Positions 10,455 through 20,939 of a DNA stretch of 64,000 nucleotides are shown one piece after another. This DNA is from a virus. The stretch spans positions 1 through 64,000 of the IMG/VR virus record IMGVR_UViG_3300037628_000362, one strand, 5' to 3'. Position numbers and translations under genes: made by a program. How positions within the stretch are numbered: position 1 is the stretch's first letter; every line of letters starts with the position of its first letter. Below the pieces are notes generated by a model that was not told where the DNA came from, did not search any database, and saw nothing but the letters and a program-made list of their open reading frames with translations.

Positions 10455-11123
10455 ATGATCCACGTTCACGAAGCGGACTCTGAAGACCTGGCCCGTATCC
10501 TTGGGATAGAAGAGGGGCTATTGCCGAACGATCTGCGAGAAGAGGTTGCGCTTTGCACCCACGCCTTACATCGCGCCGGTGCGAGTGGCCGACTTGGTAC
10601 GATATCACTCATCGCCGCCTGCCGTAGACTCGGTTATGCCCCGCCCGAGCCGGCGACTGGTATCACCGGCCGCATTGACTGGCGCAAGATCCCGACTGAC
10701 GGCCGCGCTCTTGTCTACGTGGACATCAGCGAAGAAGAGAAGTCGGTGCCCGGTATCTACACCGGTCCGATTGCCTGCGGCACACTGGGCGTCCGCGTGA
10801 ATGGCGCTGAGAAGATTACTGAGTTCAATCGAATTCATGTGGCGCTCAGTGATGTTTACGACGAGCCGATCACCGACCTGGAAAGCATCTTTGGCGGGCC
10901 GCCTGACGCCGTGGATGATTCCCTGAAGTGGGAGGATGTCGAGGAAGGCGCTCCGCTGTTGGCCGAGATTGACGAAGAGGCCAAAGATGCGCGTTTCGTC
11001 AAGCACATTGACGAGGACATTGTATCCGTCAGAATCGATGGAGAGCACAAGAATAGGCGCCTCCCGAAGGATTCCGTGGCGATCGTTTCAACATTAGATG
11101 ATCGAATTAAGGAGGCCGTGTAA
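10455..11123 (+). CDS. Hypothetical protein
   Basis: 222 aa, GGAGG RBS. Confidence 0.7.
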   Translation: MIHVHEADSEDLARILGIEEGLLPNDLREEVALCTHALHRAGASGRLGTISLIAACRRLGYAPPEPATGITGRIDWRKIPTDGRALVYVDISEEEKSVPGIYTGPIACGTLGVRVNGAEKITEFNRIHVALSDVYDEPITDLESIFGGPPDAVDDSLKWEDVEEGAPLLAEIDEEAKDARFVKHIDEDIVSVRIDGEHKNRRLPKDSVAIVSTLDDRIKEAV

Positions 11124-11656
11124 TGCAGACAGCCTATCCCCTGCGTAGAGCACTGGTCACCAACTCCACTGTCACGACATTCCCTGGAAAGTTGCCGCTG
11201 ACAGCAGCCCCATCAGGGGACGGTATTTTTGATATTTTCGATAAGAATCTTGTGCCACGCTTAGCTACGGACACGTATATGCCAGAGCAGATCGCGCTGA
11301 TCCCATTTGGCACCAACAATGACGATGAGACGTTTGATATGCGCCTCTGGGGGTGGAGTAAGGTACAGGGATCTGATATCTGGATTCCGCGACTGATCGC
11401 ACAGTTGGCCATCATCCTCGGTGATATCGCTGCGAATGCTGTGGGGACACTGCATTTTCTCGCCAACACAATCACCGTAACCGATGGGCCCTCCGACACC
11501 TCTCTGTACGAGTTAATTACACCCACCGCTCTTGAAACAGCGGCGTCAATCATCCTGCCGCTCGGCGGCGTACAGCACTTTGAGTTCGACTTTGACATTG
11601 GCACGGCCGCGACTGCCAACTGCTACTGGCGAGCGGTAGACAAGAGAAGGCAGTAG
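11123..11656 (+). CDS. Putative structural protein
   Basis: 177 aa, TAATG coupling, in virion cluster. Confidence 0.6.
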   Translation: MQTAYPLRRALVTNSTVTTFPGKLPLTAAPSGDGIFDIFDKNLVPRLATDTYMPEQIALIPFGTNNDDETFDMRLWGWSKVQGSDIWIPRLIAQLAIILGDIAANAVGTLHFLANTITVTDGPSDTSLYELITPTALETAASIILPLGGVQHFEFDFDIGTAATANCYWRAVDKRRQ

Positions 11657-11673
11657 CGGATAGGAGTGAGGTC

Positions 11674-12126
11674 ATGCCAGTCGACATCGATCGATTACGC
11701 GATGAGCTAACTGACGACCCAGTAGCCATGGGCTACTCTGGTATGAATGACGTGTCGGCGACTGAGGCCCTTAATAGCCAAGATCGCGACATGCTTGGTC
11801 CGGTGGGCATGACAGCGCTGCGAGAGTGGGCCGCGATTGGCGCCCGCGCTTTCAAGGTCCGCCGAGGGATCGCCGACCCAGCCTTGTCGAACCAAGTAAG
11901 GAGCCTTTGTATCATCGCCGACCAGCTACTGGGAACTGATGATGGCGTACTTGACCCATCTAATCAGAAACATCTTGATCTCGTGAACGAACTAGTTGCT
12001 GCCGGCGTACTCTCGGCCACCGACCGAACGGCACTTGCACAGAAGGCCACGACTATTGTGAGCCGAGCAGCAGAAATAGGTCTACCACGAATTCGGTCTG
12101 GCAACGTCATGGAGGCGAGGTTATAG
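11674..12126 (+). CDS. Putative structural protein
   Basis: 150 aa, RBS present. Confidence 0.6.
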   Translation: MPVDIDRLRDELTDDPVAMGYSGMNDVSATEALNSQDRDMLGPVGMTALREWAAIGARAFKVRRGIADPALSNQVRSLCIIADQLLGTDDGVLDPSNQKHLDLVNELVAAGVLSATDRTALAQKATTIVSRAAEIGLPRIRSGNVMEARL

Positions 12127-12128
12127 TC

Positions 12129-12677
12129 ATGCCAAATGAAATTCTTACCAAGTACGGAACGGCGATTGTCTGGGCTGACACCACCGACTACAGTAGCACC
12201 GTCAGCGGATTAGCTAGAACAGACCAGTTGGATTTAACCAGCGTCGCTCCCGCCGCCGCAAGACAAGGGGCCAAAAAGGATCTAGGGGCTACCCGGGCAA
12301 GGCAATATGCCGTCCTGGTCGGCTTTGAAATCGGAGCCAGCGCTGCAAGTGACGAGAATATTATAGTTTACTGGGGAGGTTCACCTAGTGCAACGGCCGC
12401 CAACGCGAATCCAGGCCAATTAACCGGTGCTGATGCTGATTATACCGGAACTACCGGCGACACACTAATGGACTCACTGAAGCAGCTCGAAGAGGTTGGT
12501 CCACTGGTCACCACTTCCGACAATACAACGGACGTACAGTACGGTCAGGTTGGTGTCCTCACGGACATTCCGCGATATGGCATGCCTGTTGTACTCAATA
12601 ATTCTACTGGATCACTGGTAGGTGATGCAGTAGAAATGTACGTTGCGTTGATCCCGCTGATTGACGAGGTGCAATAG
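12129..12677 (+). CDS. Putative structural protein
   Basis: 182 aa, Ala/Thr/Gly-rich. Confidence 0.6.
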   Translation: MPNEILTKYGTAIVWADTTDYSSTVSGLARTDQLDLTSVAPAAARQGAKKDLGATRARQYAVLVGFEIGASAASDENIIVYWGGSPSATAANANPGQLTGADADYTGTTGDTLMDSLKQLEEVGPLVTTSDNTTDVQYGQVGVLTDIPRYGMPVVLNNSTGSLVGDAVEMYVALIPLIDEVQ

Positions 12678-13558
12678 TGCTCCGTCAGCCGACATACAAG
12701 AGCGGAATAGCAAAACGCGGGATGTGCCAGCGGCCGGGCGATTGGCGGGAATTTTACACAGGATACTGTACGGCGCTGGGTCCAACCGATGACGTTCTTG
12801 TCGATCAGGGAGGACGAAAGCGTAACGGCGTATTGACTGGAATGGATCCGCCGACAGATTGGGTATTCGACGGAGGCGAAGGGTATTACGGGCTGGACTT
12901 AGACGGCACTAATGACAACATCGATTTTACCGGAACAGGATTCGGTAAGGTTGCCACATCGATACCCGGAACATGGTCTATGTTGTTCCGGTTCAAGATG
13001 ACCTCTTCGGCAGCGACACGGATATTCTCTGGGACCGGGACTGGCGGGACAGCACCGTTTATGTTCATTGGTCTTAATCAAGGCGGGGGCGATCCGGCGA
13101 CGAGCATTCGGGTTCAGCTTCGAGACACGTCTGGTAATATCCTGTCTGAAAGAACAGGGTCGACGAGTCCTCAAATCAACGACGGAAACGTTCATAGTAT
13201 GGGGGTCGTGAAGACCAGTAATAGCGCCGGGGGAATCGCGGTCTGTATCGATGGTGTGCCTCAGAGCATGACCAACCTCACCGATACCGGATTTGCCAAC
13301 CAGCCGAACTGGGATACTGGCATTCGCTTCGGAACAAACTCTGGTGCAACGGTTCAGTTTTTTGCTGGAACTCTATTCGACTTTCGGGTACTGACTCGCG
13401 AAGTGTCCGTAAATGAACTGATTGCCTATCATCGCGACTTCAGGGCTACCTACCGTCGGCGACGCACAGTGTTGTCTAGGCCCAGAATTGGCGGACCATT
13501 CCCGCACTATATTCATCGGGCTAATTCCCTAGGCGGAATGCAGGGGCTGGGCCTATGA
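12677..13558 (+). CDS. LamG/ConA-like lectin-fold virion protein
   Basis: LDLDGTND, INDGNVH, IDGV and F.G.L.DFRV..R pattern. Confidence 0.75.
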   Translation: MLRQPTYKSGIAKRGMCQRPGDWREFYTGYCTALGPTDDVLVDQGGRKRNGVLTGMDPPTDWVFDGGEGYYGLDLDGTNDNIDFTGTGFGKVATSIPGTWSMLFRFKMTSSAATRIFSGTGTGGTAPFMFIGLNQGGGDPATSIRVQLRDTSGNILSERTGSTSPQINDGNVHSMGVVKTSNSAGGIAVCIDGVPQSMTNLTDTGFANQPNWDTGIRFGTNSGATVQFFAGTLFDFRVLTREVSVNELIAYHRDFRATYRRRRTVLSRPRIGGPFPHYIHRANSLGGMQGLGL

Positions 13559-14286
13559 GTCTCATATCGTACACGCACGACCAGGATTCGGTGATACTAC
13601 GGGTTAAGATCCTGGATTCCTCCGTCAGCACAGGGGCTGGGAAAACCGGGCTTCTGTTCTCATCTGCCGGTCTCATTATCGGCACGATCGCCGACAAAGA
13701 AGCTACTACGACAGCATATACGCAAGCCGGGAGTACAATTGAGACAATCGTAGCCTTAGGGACCTACTCTCCACCGGCTGCCACTAAGTGCCGGTTCAAG
13801 GAGATTGACGGCACGAACCATCTGGGCGTGTACGAAATTCATTTAGCTGATGCTCGGTTCGCGGTGGCTTCAGCCAAGTCGCTGCTGGTGAGCATTAGTG
13901 GTGCGGCGAATGCGGCCGAGTGCGACGTGCTGATCCCGCTTACACAAACAGACCCGTATGATAATGTACGGGGTGGCATAACTGCATTACCAAATGCAGC
14001 AGCAGATGACGCGTTCGGATTGCCCATCAGCGACGCCGGTGGCCTGGACCTGGATAACATGGTTGCGAATGAGCTTAACGTGACGACTTACGCCGAGCCA
14101 TCGTCGGTCCCGGCTGCTACGGCTTCTATTCGGGCGATGGTTCACTGGCTCTTTACTTTGTCTCGCAATAAGGGCACGCAAATATCCACGACAAAGACGC
14201 TCCGTAATGATGCGGACGGCGCTGACATTGGAACTTCACCGATGAGTTCAGACGGTACGACCTTCACTAGGGGAAAATGGAGCTAG
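13555..14286 (+). CDS. Putative virion fibre/baseplate-associated protein
   Basis: 243 aa with G.YE motif; shares LP.SDAGGLD.DN motif with 15858-17432. Confidence 0.55.
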   Translation: MSLISYTHDQDSVILRVKILDSSVSTGAGKTGLLFSSAGLIIGTIADKEATTTAYTQAGSTIETIVALGTYSPPAATKCRFKEIDGTNHLGVYEIHLADARFAVASAKSLLVSISGAANAAECDVLIPLTQTDPYDNVRGGITALPNAAADDAFGLPISDAGGLDLDNMVANELNVTTYAEPSSVPAATASIRAMVHWLFTLSRNKGTQISTTKTLRNDADGADIGTSPMSSDGTTFTRGKWS

Positions 14287-14288
14287 CT

Positions 14289-15635
14289 ATGGCGGATAAC
14301 ACTACACTGCCGGGGACAGGAGAAGTCTACGCCGCGTCAGAAAAGACGTTCGGGGGCGTCCTGGCAAAGCACCAACGAGTTGACATAAATTTCTATGACG
14401 GGCCGTCTTGTGACGCCTTTGGTCGGATTCGTACATCAGATCCAGAAACGATTTTCGACAGCAAGCTTCTCCACGCAGACGATCAATCTCTGCTATGGGA
14501 CGAAGAGCTGATCTCCGGTACGATGGCCACTGCCGCCCCGACTGCCGCCAAGCCGTTTATCGACTTCACTAGCACTAACGTGACCGCAGGACGGAGAGTC
14601 CGGCAAACCTTTCAGAGGTTTAATTACCAACCGGGGCATAGTCAGCTAATTTTAATGACGGGGGTTCTGGAATTGGCTTCCGGCACTAAGACGGGGTGTG
14701 AGCGTAGGTTTGGCCAGTACGACGATGACAACGGAGTATTCTTTGAGAGCGATGCAGGAACGATTGCATTTACCATCCGAACTAACGACACCGGGTCCCC
14801 TGTTGACACTACCGTCGCACAGGCGAGTTGGAGTCTGGATACTCTTGACGGTGGCGCCGACGCCTCGAACCCTTCCGGCCTAACACTGGATGCGACAAAG
14901 GCACAGATTGTCGTATTCGACTACCAGTGGCTTTCAGTCGGTCGCGTAAGGGTTGGCTTCCAGATCGGCGGAATCACTCATTATGTTCACGCATTTAATG
15001 TCTCAAACACTTTACAAATACCCTGGACTAGTACGCCCAACTTACCGCTGCGATATGAGATTGTCACGACGACATCGAGTGGCGTATGTTCAATGCGCTG
15101 TATCTGTGGTTCCGTGATATCCGAAGGTGGTGTCTCGGATCGCGGAATTGTTCGCTACCGAAGCACGTCTGGCGCGGCGGTAACGAGTGCCGTCGAGAAT
15201 ACGCTTTATGTCCTAGTGGCGGTTCGGCTTAAAACTACTCATCTAGGAGGTTCTGTCAGGCCGATTTCCGCCAACATATTTATCGAATCCGCCAATGAAA
15301 AAGTTGAATGGGTGTTGCTCCACGGGGACAAAAACAACCCGCTAACAATCGGCGGATCACTAACCTACGCGGACTTCGCTGAAAGTATTTGCCAGACCGC
15401 TCTTGGGGCTACGGCCAATACTGTGTCGGGAGGTGTAGAAATTGACGGCGGATATTCGTTCAGCGGATCAGGAGGAGGAGGAGCAGGAGTTGCCGCCGGA
15501 GACACTCATTCGACGCTCCCACTTGGCGCGGCAATCGATGGCACTCGAAGCGAGCTTGTCCTGGCGTTCCGCCCGATCGGAGGAGTGAGCGCAGCAGATG
15601 TCGAAGGTTCCTTGAAGTGGCGGGAGATCACTTAG
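14289..15635 (+). CDS. Putative virion structural protein
   Basis: DAFGRIRTSDP, YQPG, WLSVGRVR and PNLPLRYEI motifs resemble a common phage structural family. Confidence 0.65.
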   Translation: MADNTTLPGTGEVYAASEKTFGGVLAKHQRVDINFYDGPSCDAFGRIRTSDPETIFDSKLLHADDQSLLWDEELISGTMATAAPTAAKPFIDFTSTNVTAGRRVRQTFQRFNYQPGHSQLILMTGVLELASGTKTGCERRFGQYDDDNGVFFESDAGTIAFTIRTNDTGSPVDTTVAQASWSLDTLDGGADASNPSGLTLDATKAQIVVFDYQWLSVGRVRVGFQIGGITHYVHAFNVSNTLQIPWTSTPNLPLRYEIVTTTSSGVCSMRCICGSVISEGGVSDRGIVRYRSTSGAAVTSAVENTLYVLVAVRLKTTHLGGSVRPISANIFIESANEKVEWVLLHGDKNNPLTIGGSLTYADFAESICQTALGATANTVSGGVEIDGGYSFSGSGGGGAGVAAGDTHSTLPLGAAIDGTRSELVLAFRPIGGVSAADVEGSLKWREIT

Positions 15636-15636
15636 G

Positions 15637-15858
15637 ATGCCACTTATACCTATATTCGTTCAGAATGCCTTAACAGCCAGCGATAGTCTGTTATTGTCAG
15701 CTTTTAACTTTTGCGATCCATTCGATCATGTTCTTCCTTTTTCGGATGGGACGATCGACAGTGCTGATCGCGCTCACTTATGGGGCATGTATAGTGGCAT
15801 AGCTATCTCTGGAGGCATAGTTCCGGTTTGGGCCATTTACGCGGGGGCCAACACCTGA
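15637..15858 (+). CDS. Small hypothetical protein
   Basis: 73 aa, coupled to both neighbours. Confidence 0.55.
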   Translation: MPLIPIFVQNALTASDSLLLSAFNFCDPFDHVLPFSDGTIDSADRAHLWGMYSGIAISGGIVPVWAIYAGANT

Positions 15859-17432
15859 TGGCTACGCGAGCAGCAGCATTCACGGCGACGTTCTTAGCTT
15901 GGGATACGCTCGCCAATGCGCCGAAAACCGGCGACACGGCAAACATTACACCACGGATTCTCAAAGACGGGACTTCGGCCGCCCTGACAGTCGCTACGGT
16001 AACTGAAGCCGACGCCACGAATCTCAAGGGGCTGTATAAGGTTGCCGTGAATGCGACCGAAGCTGATTTTGCTCAGATTGTAGTGGGTGGATTTAGCTCT
16101 ACGTCAGACGTAGAAATTATCCCCACTACATACCAGATGGAACGGCTTCCTGATGCCGCGCCAGATGAAGCTGGTGGACTTCCGGTCAGTGATGCCGGCG
16201 GGTTAGACATAGACAACCGGATGCTCGACGCCGGGACGGTGACGAATCTTAACACGATCTACGACGGAGTTGAGGGATTTGCCGGGGCTTATGCAGGTCC
16301 GCGGGGGCCAGGCGTCTATTATAACGATGCTGCGGCGAATACGAACACAGTCAACGGAACCGACGGTACTTGGAATAATCATGTTAGCACTCCCGCTACT
16401 GCGAAGACCATTGCCGACAGTCTTGGCATAGATCGTATCTATCTCGTTAAGAATTCGTCTTTCACTGTACCTGCGGCAATGGAGGATTACGAGTTCTTTG
16501 GCATCGGCGAGATGATGGCGAACACAATCGTTCTTAACTCGCAAGATGTAGATAACAGCTACTTCGAGAATGTGTTAATTACAGGAGATCAGGGCGGTAC
16601 GGGCCGGATGCAGGCCGAGGGTTGCGTTCTTTTATCTATTACCTCAATGGAGATTACGGCACTTCGACCTATATTGGCCGCGGGCACACTGACGCTGCGT
16701 AATGATTGCGCGTTTGATTTCTGGTCGTCTGCGGTTTCCGGTGGCGGCACTCCCATTATAAACATCGATTCTGTTGCTAACGTAAACACATATTTCCGAC
16801 ACGGTTCAGGGGGGCTCCAGGTAAATAACGCAGTGGCGACGACCGTCATGTCCGTTGAGACAGATGGACAGCTCATTATAGACGCGACTTGCACGGGCTT
16901 AACAATAGTCCCGCGCGGCAATTTATCGATTACAGATAATGGTACGTCAACGAGTCTGGATCGGGATGCAGCGATTAGCCGAACGGGCCTTCTTGGCGCG
17001 GACAGCACGCTGCCTGCAACAACGTTTTTCTCCGGCGTCACGGACTTAGGAGAATGGCTTGGCCTGATGGCCGGTAAGCAGGTCGGAGATGCCACTGCAC
17101 GCACAGAGATACGTGCTACCGGCGCAGGCTCTGGCACCTACGACGAGACGACTGATTCACTGGAGGCCGCACTCGATAGCCAGGACCACGGCGGAACCGG
17201 TGCCGATGCTGTAACGATCAATCTGGACGCCGCTGGAGACGACTTGGCCGACGCGGACGTTTGGATTTCAAATGACTCTGCCGGCACTAACGTGATCGCC
17301 GGAACACTCCAGAGTGACAGTAATGGAAACGTGACATTCCAGCTCGACGCCGGGAATACCTACTATTTATGGGTACAGAAGGACGGTGTCAAGTCAATCC
17401 AGGGCACACAATTTGTAGCCGTAGCGGACTAA
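15858..17432 (+). CDS. Putative tail fibre/spike-like protein
   Basis: ~524 aa Gly/Ala/Thr-rich, beta-helix-like middle, C-terminal Ig/carboxypeptidase-regulatory-like segment (SDSNGNVTF.LDAG). Confidence 0.55.
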   Translation: MATRAAAFTATFLAWDTLANAPKTGDTANITPRILKDGTSAALTVATVTEADATNLKGLYKVAVNATEADFAQIVVGGFSSTSDVEIIPTTYQMERLPDAAPDEAGGLPVSDAGGLDIDNRMLDAGTVTNLNTIYDGVEGFAGAYAGPRGPGVYYNDAAANTNTVNGTDGTWNNHVSTPATAKTIADSLGIDRIYLVKNSSFTVPAAMEDYEFFGIGEMMANTIVLNSQDVDNSYFENVLITGDQGGTGRMQAEGCVLLSITSMEITALRPILAAGTLTLRNDCAFDFWSSAVSGGGTPIINIDSVANVNTYFRHGSGGLQVNNAVATTVMSVETDGQLIIDATCTGLTIVPRGNLSITDNGTSTSLDRDAAISRTGLLGADSTLPATTFFSGVTDLGEWLGLMAGKQVGDATARTEIRATGAGSGTYDETTDSLEAALDSQDHGGTGADAVTINLDAAGDDLADADVWISNDSAGTNVIAGTLQSDSNGNVTFQLDAGNTYYLWVQKDGVKSIQGTQFVAVAD

Positions 17433-17436
17433 AGCC

Positions 17437-18117
17437 ATGACCACAACCCTCGAACTTGATTACGACAGTATCCGCAGGGAACTGGGGCGATTCTTATTCG
17501 GCGGCACCAACCGAACTCCGTCAAACTGGGACACCACAGAGGCCCAGGACGCCACTGACGTCATCGCCGCCGGCCTCCGGTCTTTCTACTGGCTCACGAC
17601 GGCCACTGAGCTTGGGAACCACTCCTGGTCGTTCCTGCGCCCAGTACGGTCGATCACAACGGCCGCCAGCACAGGGACATACCCCCTGCCGACTGACTTC
17701 GCCGCGATCATTGGCGACTTCACGTTTGCGGCTTCGAGCAATAAGGGCCGGATCGTGCGGATCGACGACGCGGATATCCGCAGCTTGTACGCCGGTGCTG
17801 AACTCTCCAGGGCCCCGGTATACTATTCGGTGCGGCCAAAGGAAAATCTTGGAGACAGGACGCTCTGGGAGGTCGTGCTTTACCCCGTGCCAGATAAGGT
17901 GTACGAACTCAGCTACCGCAGCGTAATCGAGCCTGCCATGCTCGACCAGGCTAACCCGATCCCTCTTGGTGGGGCCTCGCACGCAGAGACGATCCTGGAG
18001 GCAATCCTGGCCGCAGCAGAGAAGACCATGAAGCCGGAGAGCGGGGAAACCCTCCACCAGCAGAGATTCCTGCAACTTTTGGCGGCCTCTATACAAAGAG
18101 ACCAAGAGATTACATAA
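17437..18117 (+). CDS. Head-tail adaptor-like protein (copy 1)
   Basis: WSFL, Y.LP.DF, P.YY and LYPVPDK.Y motifs. Confidence 0.75.
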   Translation: MTTTLELDYDSIRRELGRFLFGGTNRTPSNWDTTEAQDATDVIAAGLRSFYWLTTATELGNHSWSFLRPVRSITTAASTGTYPLPTDFAAIIGDFTFAASSNKGRIVRIDDADIRSLYAGAELSRAPVYYSVRPKENLGDRTLWEVVLYPVPDKVYELSYRSVIEPAMLDQANPIPLGGASHAETILEAILAAAEKTMKPESGETLHQQRFLQLLAASIQRDQEIT

Positions 18118-18124
18118 TGGAAAA

Positions 18125-18139
18125 GTGACACGTTGTCAC
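18125..18139. promoter_or_regulatory. Palindromic site (copy 2, reverse orientation)
   Basis: GTGACACGTTGTCAC in intergenic space. Confidence 0.85.
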
Positions 18140-18156
18140 ATTTGAAGGTGAAACTC

Positions 18157-18483
18157 ATGCCATATCCAGTAAAAGACATCGAGCACGGCACTTACGAGTG
18201 GCTGGTACGCGAAATTGCGGGCTATTTATGGGGAAAGTACGACGAAGCCACGCTGGATCACGAGAAGCGCGGAAAGGTTCACTCGATCATCACCAGCGGG
18301 TATCAGCAGTTCCAGAGCCCCCCGCCAATGCCATCCGAGAACGAGCACAAGCCTGCGTCGCCTCCACACCAATGGACTTTCATGCAGCCGCTCGCTGAAA
18401 TCGCGCTGGTTCAGGACCAAAAGGAGTACGATCTGCCTGATAATTTCTCGGGTGTAGTCGGTGAATTCACGGTGAGACCATGA
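18157..18483 (+). CDS. N-terminal half of adaptor-like domain (copy 2)
   Basis: WTFM and YDLPDNF align with the first half of 17437-18117. Confidence 0.65.
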   Translation: MPYPVKDIEHGTYEWLVREIAGYLWGKYDEATLDHEKRGKVHSIITSGYQQFQSPPPMPSENEHKPASPPHQWTFMQPLAEIALVQDQKEYDLPDNFSGVVGEFTVRP

Positions 18484-19766
18484 TGGTAAACACATTCTCA
18501 ACAACCTACGCCTCCGCGGCAATCGTGCCCTCCCCAGGGACCGTGACGGATAAGCATGGCGGCCCGAGTGCCATTGCCATCGTCGATGAGCGGGAGATAC
18601 GTCAACTATCCGCGAACAAGCCCCAGACCGGAACACCGCGGTACTGTGCCCTTCGACCGCTCTTTAGTGATGGCGCGGGCCCACAGAAGTGGGTGGTCGT
18701 ATTCTACCCGACACCTAATAAGGACATGGCCGTCGAGTTCCGATACGGAGTTACTCCGCAGCCGCTGTCTGCGGATAATCCGTACCCGATTGGCGGCCGA
18801 CAGCACGCCGAGACTCTCTTACAGTCGTGCCTAGCAGTCGCCGAACTACGTGAACAAAAGGAGGCCGGAGCCCAGTCGGCCCGGTTCATGGCAAGCCTGG
18901 CTTCCTCGATCAAGCTCGACTTGGCTACAGCGGCCCCGACCGCCCCCGGGACATGGCCGTTCGAGGATATGCCGGACAGTCTGACAGTCACCAGGGCGTA
19001 CCTGAAGCGCCGTGCTGGGCTCCATATGGGCATCGGGGCGAATCAGGGCACCTGGAACCACCACCAGGCCCAGCAGGTCGAACTGGCTGTCCAGACCGGC
19101 TTGCGTCGTTTTTATACGCCTATTCCATTGCCGGGCGAAAAATCCGCATGGGAGTGGTCATTCTTGTTTCCTGAGGGTAATCTAACGACCGTGACGGCCA
19201 AGGGCGATTACGATCTCCCGGAAGACTTCGCCATGATAGACGGACCAATGACGTATGAGCCCGAATCAAACGTCCTGTACCCAGAGGTCATTCATGTCGG
19301 AGAACACCAATTGCGGTATCGCCGACAGCGTACCCAGGTGAGTAATCGGTCGGAATTGTTCGCGATACGGGTGAAAAACCCTGATGCCGGTACTGGCACC
19401 CGGTATGAGCTGCTTCTCTGGCCGACGCCTGACCAGGAGTACAATATAAAATATCGTTACAAGATTAACCCTGGTTCGCTGTCTGATGATACAGCGCAGC
19501 CGCTCGGCGGGCAACCCCATATGGAATGTGTCATCGCCTCGGTCCTTGCCGCCACAGATGAGATACTAGAGCGCAAGAGCCAATGGGACGCGCGGTATTT
19601 GCAGTCACTGGCCGCGTCCGTAAGCCACGACAGGAGAGTTAATGCTGCTGGAAGTTACGGCAGGAACGTAGACCGGTCCGACAGGCCATTGCAATTTAGT
19701 ATGCCCGATTGGCATGAATGGGACGACAATTTGACCCCGATTAACGGCGTCAGCGGTTACGCCTAG
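18480..19766 (+). CDS. C-terminal half of adaptor domain 2 fused to complete adaptor domain 3
   Basis: FYPTP...PIGG.QHAET, then WSFL, YDLPEDF, WPTPD and PLGG.PH. Confidence 0.7.
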   Translation: MMVNTFSTTYASAAIVPSPGTVTDKHGGPSAIAIVDEREIRQLSANKPQTGTPRYCALRPLFSDGAGPQKWVVVFYPTPNKDMAVEFRYGVTPQPLSADNPYPIGGRQHAETLLQSCLAVAELREQKEAGAQSARFMASLASSIKLDLATAAPTAPGTWPFEDMPDSLTVTRAYLKRRAGLHMGIGANQGTWNHHQAQQVELAVQTGLRRFYTPIPLPGEKSAWEWSFLFPEGNLTTVTAKGDYDLPEDFAMIDGPMTYEPESNVLYPEVIHVGEHQLRYRRQRTQVSNRSELFAIRVKNPDAGTGTRYELLLWPTPDQEYNIKYRYKINPGSLSDDTAQPLGGQPHMECVIASVLAATDEILERKSQWDARYLQSLAASVSHDRRVNAAGSYGRNVDRSDRPLQFSMPDWHEWDDNLTPINGVSGYA

Positions 19767-19770
19767 TCGC

Positions 19771-19799
19771 TTGCAACTCCTGGCGATCCCGTTTAGAAT
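19771..19799 (+). promoter_or_regulatory. Sigma70-type promoter candidate
   Basis: TTGCAA-N17-TAGAAT in intergenic space. Confidence 0.55.
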
Positions 19800-19824
19800 A
19801 ACAGAATACCGAAAGGAAGAAAAC

Positions 19825-20193
19825 ATGGCCAATGAAATCACCGTCAGCGTGTCGCTCAATGGCGAGAAAGGCACGAAAAAGGACCGCCGCGCCTTTGGGG
19901 GTTTGCAGTTCGATATGGCTGGAAATAATTTCATCCATCACACACAGTCAATCGGCACATCCGAAGAGGCACTCGTTATGAGCGGAGATGTTACCGTTCC
20001 TGGGTGGGCCGTTTTCTTCAACCACGATGACACGAATTTCGTGGAGATCCGGCCAGCCACTGGGGTTGCCGACCTCGTTACCGTTCCGCCACAAGGCCCG
20101 GCGTTATTTAAGTTTGCATCGGACGCGACTGCGCCTTTCGCAATCGCTGACACTGCGACTTGTGACCTCGAATATTTGATCTTCGAAGCGTAA
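19825..20193 (+). CDS. Small virion structural protein
   Basis: 122 aa beta-rich, RBS present. Confidence 0.65.
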   Translation: MANEITVSVSLNGEKGTKKDRRAFGGLQFDMAGNNFIHHTQSIGTSEEALVMSGDVTVPGWAVFFNHDDTNFVEIRPATGVADLVTVPPQGPALFKFASDATAPFAIADTATCDLEYLIFEA

Positions 20194-20240
20194 CCACTAC
20201 CTGCGCCACACCTGAGCGCATTACCAAAAAGGAAAACCCT

Positions 20241-20939
20241 ATGTCCTCACCACATGGAATTCTGAAACGACTGCACACCGAGAAAGTCGGCTACAAGCAA
20301 CTCGACCCTGGCGACGCTGGAACTATTCAGCCCGATCGCCAGTTCTCATACTTTCCCGTCGTAAGCGGGGCGTCGGGCCAGACCCTCACGCTGGCGGATC
20401 CGGACTTTGCTGGCCAGGTCACAACTGTCGCCATGAAGACCGATGGCGGCGGTGACATTACAATCACAGCCGACTCGGCCTTCGATCAGGTCGGCAATAC
20501 CTCGATTGTGCTAGGTGACGTAGGGGACTCGATTACCCTTGTCGGCATCGAGGACGGCTCAGACCTGGAATGGCGGACTCTGGCACAGCACGGCATCGCT
20601 ATTTCCGTACTGGGATTCACTCTCGACGATGGTGAGAATATCGCCGTTGGCACGTCTACTGGCACTGAGATTGGCACTGCGGCTGCACAGAAGATCGGCT
20701 TCCATGGGGCGACGCCGGTGATCCAAGCTTCAGCAATGACGGCCGGACATGCGACGGTCACTCAAGCCGGGACTGATAGCGGCGACGTGGCGATCCAGGC
20801 CGCGGTGCAGAATACGGGATACGGGTTTGTTGATGCGGCCGAATTCGAGGCGATTGTTGCGATGGTAAGAAATAATAACGTACGGATGCTAGAGGTAGAG
20901 AATATCCTGGAAGGTAAAGGATTCGTCGCGGCAAACTAA
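20241..20939 (+). CDS. Putative structural/head-fibre protein
   Basis: GT.IGTAAAQKIGFHGATPV motif, G..A C-terminus. Confidence 0.65.
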   Translation: MSSPHGILKRLHTEKVGYKQLDPGDAGTIQPDRQFSYFPVVSGASGQTLTLADPDFAGQVTTVAMKTDGGGDITITADSAFDQVGNTSIVLGDVGDSITLVGIEDGSDLEWRTLAQHGIAISVLGFTLDDGENIAVGTSTGTEIGTAAAQKIGFHGATPVIQASAMTAGHATVTQAGTDSGDVAIQAAVQNTGYGFVDAAEFEAIVAMVRNNNVRMLEVENILEGKGFVAAN

